Source: a virus (lineage: Duplodnaviria > Caudoviricetes). Taken from it: a DNA stretch of 60,743 bases. Below are positions 20,990-27,289 of this stretch, piece after piece. The notes below the pieces were generated by a model, which saw only the letters and a program-made list of their open reading frames with translations, had not been told where the DNA came from and searched no databases. The stretch is taken from positions 1-60,743 of IMG/VR virus record IMGVR_UViG_3300013285_000001. One strand, given 5' to 3'. The stretch's first letter is position 1. The number at the start of each line of letters is the position of its first letter. The position numbers were made by a program, and so were the translations under genes.

Positions 20990-21239
20990 TGTGAGTGTGG
21001 CTCCAAGTGTCATCGGTTTGGATGATGATCATCTTGGAGCTACCAGGGCTGGCCTTGTAGCGCGATTTGATAGGCCCGATGGTGAGCATGCTGCGCTCGT
21101 TGATCTTTCGTTCAGACGCTGAGATCCATCCATGTTCATTGATGGCGTGTCTAGCGATGAGATCAAACGGAGCGCGTTTGAGAACCAGTCGGGCTTGGGC
21201 GGAAAGGTGTAGCGCTCCGAGCAGGAAGTTTGATTGCAT
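20976..21239 (-). CDS. Hypothetical protein
   Basis: 87-aa ORF abutting the upstream gene. Confidence 0.5.
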   Translation of the reverse strand: MQSNFLLGALHLSAQARLVLKRAPFDLIARHAINEHGWISASERKINERSMLTIGPIKSRYKASPGSSKMIIIQTDDTWSHTHITVE

Positions 21240-21241
21240 GT

Positions 21242-21466
21242 TCAGGTGAGTGGCTCAATTTCTTTTGGCAGTTTTGCTTGCACGTTGAGGAACATGATCA
21301 GTCCTGCTTTGCCGGTGGGGACGTCCACGATAAGTGTTTCTGGGCGGCTTGGCGCATAGTTCTTTTTCAATGCGGTGCGGCACTTGCTGGCGAGCGTCGA
21401 TGAGGGGTGCCAGATTTCTTTGAGGATGTCGTCTTGGGTGAGGAACGTGGTGCGGTAGAGCTTCAT
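21242..21466 (-). CDS. Hypothetical protein
   Basis: SD AAGGA; ends VDVPTGKAGLIMFLN. Confidence 0.6.
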   Translation of the reverse strand: MKLYRTTFLTQDDILKEIWHPSSTLASKCRTALKKNYAPSRPETLIVDVPTGKAGLIMFLNVQAKLPKEIEPLT

Positions 21467-21488
21467 TGGGGTTTCCTTCTAAGAAAAA

Positions 21489-21716
21489 TGGACATAGTGG
21501 ACGGACATAGAAAAACGTAGACCCGCATAAACAAAGGCCTAGCGGAGAGGTGTGAGCACCTTGACATGGTGGGGGTCGTTGGTTCGAGTCCAATCGCGCC
21601 TACCAATCTACAGGGGTTCCATAGTAAGGAACCACTAACAGATTGGTATTAGAGAAGTCTGGGGAAGTCACACGTAGCCCCGTGTGGACATAGCAAAGAC
21701 ATAGTTGTGGGCATAG
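21489..21716. promoter_or_regulatory. attP: attP region with five integrase arm-type repeats (consensus GACATAG)
   Basis: TGGACATAG 21489 and GGACATAG 21503 left of the core; TGGACATAG 21685, AGACATAG 21697 and TGGGCATAG 21708 right of the core. Confidence 0.8.
21557..21605 (+). other. attP core = 3' portion of tRNA-Val(GAC), not a complete tRNA
   Basis: CACC-TTGACAT-GGTG anticodon arm, GTTGG-TTCGAGT-CCAAT T-arm, CGCGCCTACCA end; no pairing 5' acceptor strand; close to the integrase. Confidence 0.9.
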
Positions 21717-21753
21717 TTCTGGTTAGATCGAACACGCACTCTCACGCAGCTAT

Positions 21754-21984
21754 TCACTGCGCCGGAGTGCGTTTTTGTTTGTCCTGGGCCAGCAGCAAAT
21801 CTCGCAGCACGATGCCCATGCCACGAAACTTCAAGAACGCTTGCTCAGCCGGCCTGCTCGTGAACACGGTGTGCTCGGCGTGCAAAGCCCAGACATCGAA
21901 CGCACTGATCATGAAGTTGTTGATGGCGTTGTCTTTTTCTTCTTCGTCGCACAGCATGGGTGCGTTATCCAGGGGAGTGAACAT
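21754..21984 (-). CDS. Hypothetical protein between int and attP
   Basis: MFTPLDNAPM... ORF overlapping the int 3' end. Confidence 0.5.
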   Translation of the reverse strand: MFTPLDNAPMLCDEEEKDNAINNFMISAFDVWALHAEHTVFTSRPAEQAFLKFRGMGIVLRDLLLAQDKQKRTPAQ

Positions 21985-23014
21985 GGTCGATTGCTTTCTT
22001 GGGTTGGTTGTTGTTGGCAAATGAATCGATGTGGCTTGGTGCGTGGTGCGCATAGTTCAAGACCATGCGCAAATCAGACCACCCGCCAAGGTCTTTGAGC
22101 ACTTCGATTGGGGTGCCGTTTTGCACGTGCCACGTCGCCCAGGTGTGGCGCAGCCCGTGCCACGTGAAGCCCGTGTACCCGGTCTTGTCGCGCTCGCCGA
22201 TGCCCGCCCGTATGCAAGCCTGCATGAACGAGGTCTTCACGTCTTTGATGGGCTTGCCACGGAACAAGAACACGAACGCAGAGCGAGGTGCGAGCGCGTT
22301 ATCAGCGAGCATCAGCTTGGACTTCCATGGCCGGTACGCGCTCAGCTTGGACTGGGCCTCCAGCACAGCCAGTGCGGCCGTGTTGAGCGGCACGCGGATG
22401 GGCTTGTCCGCCTTGGTGTCCTCGCCCTCAATCCACACCACCTTGCGCGCAAGATCCACGCGTGACCACTCCAGGCCGAGCACGTTGGCTTGACGCAGCC
22501 CGGTGTGAATCGCGAATTCGGCCATCGGCTTCATGTGATCGGGTAACTCGACGTACAGCCTGGCCCACTGCTCATGAGTGATCCACTCACGCGGCTTGGT
22601 CTTTTTGTCGCGGCGCTTGATCATCGACAGCTTGATGCCCGACAGGCTCAAGATCGCAGCGATCATGTTGCAGTAGCGCGTGTAGGTCGCAGCCGTTTTG
22701 CAAAATCCGAGAGCCTTGTTGATGTCCTCGGCGGTGATGCTGGCCAGCTGCCGGTCGGCAAAGTTGTTCGCAAACTTGACCAACGCGTACAGCTCGGAGT
22801 TGCTGCGCGTTTCGACGAGCATCCACTTGGTGACCGCAGCACTCCAGCTGTCACCTTGGACGCGGGGGGCTGCTCGCCATAGAGTTATCTGGAACTCGTT
22901 TTCGCGCTCTTGCGCCGTTCGCTTATCAAGTTCTCCAGTTGTCTGACGTATTCGCCGTCCGTTGTGACGAAGGTCCGACCACCAGACTTCGCTGTTCTTT
23001 TGCTTGTAGAGCAT
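21965..23014 (-). CDS. int: Tyrosine integrase
   Basis: TGLRQANV (R), TKADK (K), HGLRHTWATW (HxxR), LGGW and LNYAH (Y); likely start MLYKQKNSEVWW. Confidence 0.95.
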   Translation of the reverse strand: MLYKQKNSEVWWSDLRHNGRRIRQTTGELDKRTAQERENEFQITLWRAAPRVQGDSWSAAVTKWMLVETRSNSELYALVKFANNFADRQLASITAEDINKALGFCKTAATYTRYCNMIAAILSLSGIKLSMIKRRDKKTKPREWITHEQWARLYVELPDHMKPMAEFAIHTGLRQANVLGLEWSRVDLARKVVWIEGEDTKADKPIRVPLNTAALAVLEAQSKLSAYRPWKSKLMLADNALAPRSAFVFLFRGKPIKDVKTSFMQACIRAGIGERDKTGYTGFTWHGLRHTWATWHVQNGTPIEVLKDLGGWSDLRMVLNYAHHAPSHIDSFANNNQPKKAIDHVHSPG

Positions 23015-23202
23015 GGGGATGGTGCTTTCACAGGATATTGCTCGCGCATGTAGACGAGCAAGTCGTCTTCGATGTAGCCCCAGCTGCGCCCAATCTTGGC
23101 CCCAGGGATGTCGCCGCAAGCGGTGCGTTCTCTGAGCGTGTTGGGGTGGAGGTGGAGCAGCTCAGCAGCTTCGCCCAGGTCCAGCGTCCTAGTGGCTCGC
23201 AT
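22885..23202 (-). CDS. xis: Excisionase (HTH_17-type)
   Basis: LDLGEAAELLHLHPNTLRE...GDIPGAKIGRSW; overlaps the int 5' end. Confidence 0.85.
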   Translation of the reverse strand: MRATRTLDLGEAAELLHLHPNTLRERTACGDIPGAKIGRSWGYIEDDLLVYMREQYPVKAPSPCSTSKRTAKSGGRTFVTTDGEYVRQLENLISERRKSAKTSSR

Positions 23203-23422
23203 AGATCAGGCGCAGTGCTTTTATGGCAAGCGCGTCTCCTGTGCGTGCGCGTGCGACCACGAAGGAGGTTGCGTCCTTGGCGTTGGTGCTTGGGTGCGGC
23301 TCGGCGGGAAAGATCTCCCAGTGCATGGACTTTCGCTCGAGGTGGTACACGTCGCACATCATCCAGCCCTGAGCTCGGGCAACTTGCTGCTCTTGGGAAG
23401 TTAGTAGATCGAAGTTAGACAT
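23189..23422 (-). CDS. Hypothetical protein
   Basis: 77 aa; ARARTGDALAIKAL motif; coupled to xis. Confidence 0.65.
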   Translation of the reverse strand: MSNFDLLTSQEQQVARAQGWMMCDVYHLERKSMHWEIFPAEPHPSTNAKDATSFVVARARTGDALAIKALRLIYASH

Positions 23423-23440
23423 AAGGTGTTGGGGCGTAGA

Positions 23441-23466
23441 AAAAGGCGGGGGTGAGCCCGCCTTTT
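23441..23466. terminator. Bidirectional intrinsic terminator
   Basis: AAAAGGCGGG-GGTGAG-CCCGCCTTTT. Confidence 0.8.
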
Positions 23467-23486
23467 AGGTTCATCAGCGATGTGTC

Positions 23487-23882
23487 TTACGGTTTGGTTC
23501 TGATGCTGAGCACCAGGTTTGGAAGCTCGATCGTGATGACCGACCCCTCTTCTGTAATGAGCACCGAAGGCCGGTCAGCGAGGATTCTCGGTGTGTACGG
23601 GATTCCCTCTTCGATGCCGAGCGAGGAATGCAGCTTCGGGCCTTTGCTGCCCTTCCACATGTACATCCACCTGGCGCGGGAGTTTTCTGTCTTGGGCGCA
23701 GGTAATCGGATAACTTGTCCTTTTCTCCACAGTCCGCCGAGATAGTCGGAAACTCTATTCACGGAGGCTGCGTGTTGTTTTATCTCGGGCAAGTCAAATA
23801 GTGACTGGCAGTCAAGCGGTTCGGTAGCTGCTTTTAATGCAGCTTCGAGCGCTGGAAAAAGACCATTCTCATTTGTACGCAT
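23487..23882 (-). CDS. Putative winged-helix DNA-binding protein
   Basis: EPLDCQSLF...NRVSDYLGGLWRKGQVIR pattern resembles wHTH. Confidence 0.5.
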   Translation of the reverse strand: MRTNENGLFPALEAALKAATEPLDCQSLFDLPEIKQHAASVNRVSDYLGGLWRKGQVIRLPAPKTENSRARWMYMWKGSKGPKLHSSLGIEEGIPYTPRILADRPSVLITEEGSVITIELPNLVLSIRTKP

Positions 23883-23954
23883 TTTGATTTTCAGGGCGGT
23901 TCTACTTCGACCTGCCCTGCCTTTTCGATGTGAAGGTAACTGGTTACTTTCTTC

Positions 23955-24344
23955 TCAGGAGTTAACGAAATTCGAGATGAACGAAGCAATGTCTTTCTTG
24001 CTTTTCATCTTGCTCTTGAAGTCGGCGCATGAAATACCGAGCTTTGCGATTTCGGGGCTCAATATGCACCCGCCGGTTTTGGTTCCAACCACGATCGCTG
24101 CGTTACGGCCTTCAGCTTGGCGGTCTTTGATCCACTTGGTCTGCAAGCAACTCAGCGCTGGCACGATAAAGGTGTCATTCCTGGCAGGCAATGCGATGAA
24201 TTTGTATTCAACCCAAAGGTCTCTATGAGACCCGCTGTACCAGACATCAGGTGTGCCGCCCCGGTAGGGGTTGCACATCTTTTCAGCGTAGCACTCCACA
24301 TGTCGGTGGACGCCGGCGATGAAGCTGTTTTCCGGCGTTGCCAC
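23955..24344 (-). CDS. VRR-NUC/Holliday-junction-resolvase-like nuclease
   Basis: PE...GTPD...WVEYK...LSCLQTKW PD-(D/E)XK pattern. Confidence 0.75.
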   Translation of the reverse strand: MATPENSFIAGVHRHVECYAEKMCNPYRGGTPDVWYSGSHRDLWVEYKFIALPARNDTFIVPALSCLQTKWIKDRQAEGRNAAIVVGTKTGGCILSPEIAKLGISCADFKSKMKSKKDIASFISNFVNS

Positions 24345-24363
24345 TTTGAAACTTGCTCGTATC

Positions 24364-24915
24364 TTACGCCGTAGTCGTGTTTAGATTTGAGACGATGCGT
24401 GCGTTAATTTGCTGCACCAGCTTGGCTTGATGGATCGCATCAGCCAATGCGTTGTGGGCAACGCCTTGACGTTCTGGTGAGATACCTTTGGCTTGTGGCA
24501 AGGTCTTCAGCGTACGCACGCAGCGCGAGTTCCAAAACTTCCACGGGATGTCCATGTGGAACTGGGAGAACGCGTGGGCCAGCATCGGCAGATCGAAGTC
24601 TGCTCCGTTGGACCACATGTAGTGGTTGTCGGTATAGAGCCAATCACTCAGTTCGCACAGGGTGGCTTCCAAGGTTTGCTTGGGCTCGTGGAAAACTGCT
24701 TGAGCCGCAGCGGACTGCTTGAGCCACCACATCAGGGTGTCTTCCTGGACGTGGCGTTTGACTTCAAGGTTGGAGTCGATGGACACCGAGGCGTAGAATG
24801 CTCCGTCGTCGATCTTCGCTGAGTCTAAATCGAATTTGACCGCCCCGATGGACATGATGACTGCGTCGGCTCGGGTTCCCAGGGTCTCCAAGTCAACCAT
24901 TACGTGCTTATACAT
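24364..24915 (-). CDS. DEDDh 3'-5' exonuclease (DUF5051/exonuclease VIII-like)
   Basis: VMVDLETLG, NGADFDLPML, HNALADAIHQA. Confidence 0.9.
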   Translation of the reverse strand: MYKHVMVDLETLGTRADAVIMSIGAVKFDLDSAKIDDGAFYASVSIDSNLEVKRHVQEDTLMWWLKQSAAAQAVFHEPKQTLEATLCELSDWLYTDNHYMWSNGADFDLPMLAHAFSQFHMDIPWKFWNSRCVRTLKTLPQAKGISPERQGVAHNALADAIHQAKLVQQINARIVSNLNTTTA

Positions 24916-24985
24916 GTCTTCTTTCTGTGCCGTAGCACCGTTGCACGACCCCCCCGAACGCAGGGCCGTGCGTCAGGGGGATGGA

Positions 24986-25393
24986 TTAGACGGTTTCAGC
25001 GACCTGGACTTGCATTGCGGCGGGTTTTCGCCCGCGCTTGGCAGGCTCAGCTTGCACGGCGTCCAGCACCACTAACTGCTCGTTGAGCTTTTCGCGGTTC
25101 TTGTTCGCAGCGTCGAACACCTTGGTGTGCTTCTTGGTAGCAGCGTCGATCTCTTTTAGAGCTGCTGCGACGAGCTTTGCACCGGCCTTGGCGGCAACGC
25201 TCAGCGTCTTTTCGGCTTCGGCCATCAAAGCGGTTGACTGCTTTATGGCGACGTTCATCGCTTTGGTGGCGACGCTGACATCTGCTTCGCTGAGCTTGAC
25301 GGTCTTGTCGATCGACTTGACGGCGGAGGTGAGAGCCAGTTCAGCGGACTTCTTTTCAGCCACTGACATGATTTTGGAGGGTTGGCGAGCCAT
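24986..25393 (-). CDS. Ala/Lys-rich coiled-coil protein with C-terminal AT-hook-like motif
   Basis: PAKRGRKP; basic helical composition; SD AAGGA. Confidence 0.6.
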   Translation of the reverse strand: MARQPSKIMSVAEKKSAELALTSAVKSIDKTVKLSEADVSVATKAMNVAIKQSTALMAEAEKTLSVAAKAGAKLVAAALKEIDAATKKHTKVFDAANKNREKLNEQLVVLDAVQAEPAKRGRKPAAMQVQVAETV

Positions 25394-25628
25394 GGAATTT
25401 TTCCTTTAAGTGCAGGTTGTAGGTCAGCTCGTTTATTCGAACTGCCCGGGAAATAAGTCGATCGATGATTGACTGTCGACGTCTTGTGTTGGCTTCGAGG
25501 GACAAGCACAACATGACCTCGCCTTCAGTCAGATCATTGATGACGGTGTTCAGGCTCTTGTACGAAACAAGAGCCTGATCTATGCGAAATCTTCCATCCG
25601 TTGAAGATCTAAGGGTCCGAAGTGTCAT
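25356..25628 (-). CDS. Hypothetical protein
   Basis: ALVSYKSLN...LTEGEV...RRQSIIDRL; start taken at ATG 25628. Confidence 0.6.
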   Translation of the reverse strand: MTLRTLRSSTDGRFRIDQALVSYKSLNTVINDLTEGEVMLCLSLEANTRRRQSIIDRLISRAVRINELTYNLHLKEKFHGSPTLQNHVSG

Positions 25629-25663
25629 GCGGAGTTGTGACAGACCGAAGTAAGGGTTACTAC

Positions 25664-26416
25664 TTAACGGCGCATCCCGCGAGCGGGGGTGGCCTTGGCA
25701 GGCTTCGTGTTTGTCACGTCGGGCTCGGTGGCCAACATGGCCTGCGCTTCGGCTTGTCGCGCGAAGTGCGAGGTGAGGTGGTGGTTTGGCTGCGCGTCGC
25801 TGAACACGAGCGACGCGTAGGTCTTGGTCGGGTCCAAGCTGACCATGGTGACCACGCCCACAGGGGGGGTCTGGAACGTACGTACAACGCCGCCGACGTA
25901 GGCGTCGAAGCCCTTGAGGCCGGTTGGAGAAACCGCCAGTTGCCACAGCGCGGTGTCATCCTGCGCTTCGGGTGGAAGTACAGCCAGCACGCGCTCGTTC
26001 TTGCACGCTTTGCCGTTGCCTTTGCTGCCGAACTGGTTCATCGGGCACTCAGCGCAGGTCTTGGCCTGGGGCATGGGGCTGTTGGCTGATGGGACCATCT
26101 TCGCCGGGTTGGTGCCGATCGAGAAGCACACCGGCGAGGTGATGTTGTTCGAGTCGAAGTTGCCCTCGTAGAACGAGTTCTTCGCGACGAAGTCAACGAT
26201 CACCAGTTCGAGCGGACCTGGGGTCTTCGAGCCGTCCGGCAGGGTGAACGCGCCGGGCGACAGCTTGATCTTGCTGCCCGAGGGAGGCGCGATGCGGTCG
26301 GACATCGAGGCGATTTGCGCCGCGATTTGGTCTTGGATGCTGACCAAGGACGATGGGCGTTGGACAGCTACCGAGGTAGCTGCGTCGCCGGACTTCTGGA
26401 GTGCTTTTGTAGCCAT
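25664..26416 (-). CDS. Putative ssDNA-binding/recombination protein
   Basis: PVCF...CAECPMNQFGSKGNGKACKN motif; located in the replication module. Confidence 0.6.
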   Translation of the reverse strand: MATKALQKSGDAATSVAVQRPSSLVSIQDQIAAQIASMSDRIAPPSGSKIKLSPGAFTLPDGSKTPGPLELVIVDFVAKNSFYEGNFDSNNITSPVCFSIGTNPAKMVPSANSPMPQAKTCAECPMNQFGSKGNGKACKNERVLAVLPPEAQDDTALWQLAVSPTGLKGFDAYVGGVVRTFQTPPVGVVTMVSLDPTKTYASLVFSDAQPNHHLTSHFARQAEAQAMLATEPDVTNTKPAKATPARGMRR

Positions 26417-26449
26417 GGTTTCTTTCGATCGTTCTTAGAGGTTCGACAA

Positions 26450-26872
26450 TTAAGCCGAGATGGTGCGCAGGTTGAGGCGCTTCTTCACGAACGGCTCAGC
26501 GCCGGGTACTTTTTTGCCAGAGTCGAGTAGTTCTCGATACGCTGGGTCTGACACGCGACGCTGCAGAAGGTGGAAGTAACCCGTCTTCTTGATGTACGCG
26601 TAGAACTTGTCCCAATTCTCATCGCCGCTGATGTTGGCAACGATGCTGTGAGTGAACGAGACTGAAGCTTTCTTGCCGCTGGCTTTGTCGACTCCTTCGC
26701 TGTCCATCCTGGACAACAAGGACTCTTCTATCGCGTGCATCTTTTCGGCGACTTCGCTGGCTTCGGTTTCGAGGGACTTTTTTTGCTCACGCATTGCCCA
26801 GAGCTGGTCGATCATGGTTCCGACCGAGGCCGGGCGGATGGTGATCTTGGGAGGGGATGCGACTTCTGTCAT
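26450..26872 (-). CDS. Conserved phage coiled-coil protein of replication modules
   Basis: NWDKFYAYIKKTGYFHLLQRRVS...KKVPG. Confidence 0.7.
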   Translation of the reverse strand: MTEVASPPKITIRPASVGTMIDQLWAMREQKKSLETEASEVAEKMHAIEESLLSRMDSEGVDKASGKKASVSFTHSIVANISGDENWDKFYAYIKKTGYFHLLQRRVSDPAYRELLDSGKKVPGAEPFVKKRLNLRTISA

Positions 26873-26890
26873 TGATGTTCCTTCGACGCA

Positions 26891-26919
26891 ATGTTAATCT
26901 AAGTTAGATAGTAGATCAA
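26891..26919 (-). promoter_or_regulatory. Sigma70-type promoter with a triple-box motif in the spacer
   Basis: Minus strand TTGATC-N17-TAACAT; TCTAAGTTAGA palindrome at 26898-26908. Confidence 0.65.
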
Positions 26920-26932
26920 TAGGTAAAACGAA

Positions 26933-27289
26933 TCAAGTGTGAATGCCCCACTTGTGCTCGTTGCTCGGCGGCTCGACGCTCACCGTGTAGGTCGGGGCAG
27001 ACCCGTCGAGGCTCTGTGCCGGCCCGCTGTAGATCAGCCCGCCCATGAGCTGCCGGCGCTGCTTGCCGTCACCGATCATGAAAGCAAAGCTGTGAGGTGC
27101 GAAGTCCTTGTGGACGAAGCACAGATCCGGCCATGAGGTCATGCCGGCCAAACGCGCGAACATCGAGTTCAGCTGGTCGCGGCACCCGTGCTCTTCGGCG
27201 AACTGGATGACGTCTTCGTAGTGCTGTTTGCACTCGATGACCAGACCCAGTTTTTCTTCTTGGTACTTACTTGCTGTAGTTGTAGGCAT
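26933..27289 (-). CDS. DUF4120-like protein
   Basis: KDFAPHSFAF...GGLIY...TVSV...WGIHT. Confidence 0.6.
   Translation of the reverse strand: MPTTTASKYQEEKLGLVIECKQHYEDVIQFAEEHGCRDQLNSMFARLAGMTSWPDLCFVHKDFAPHSFAFMIGDGKQRRQLMGGLIYSGPAQSLDGSAPTYTVSVEPPSNEHKWGIHT

Noticed and set aside
21530-21605. Complete phage tRNA-Val gene
   Set aside because: The upstream sequence cannot form the 7-bp acceptor stem or D-arm; it is better explained as the attP core
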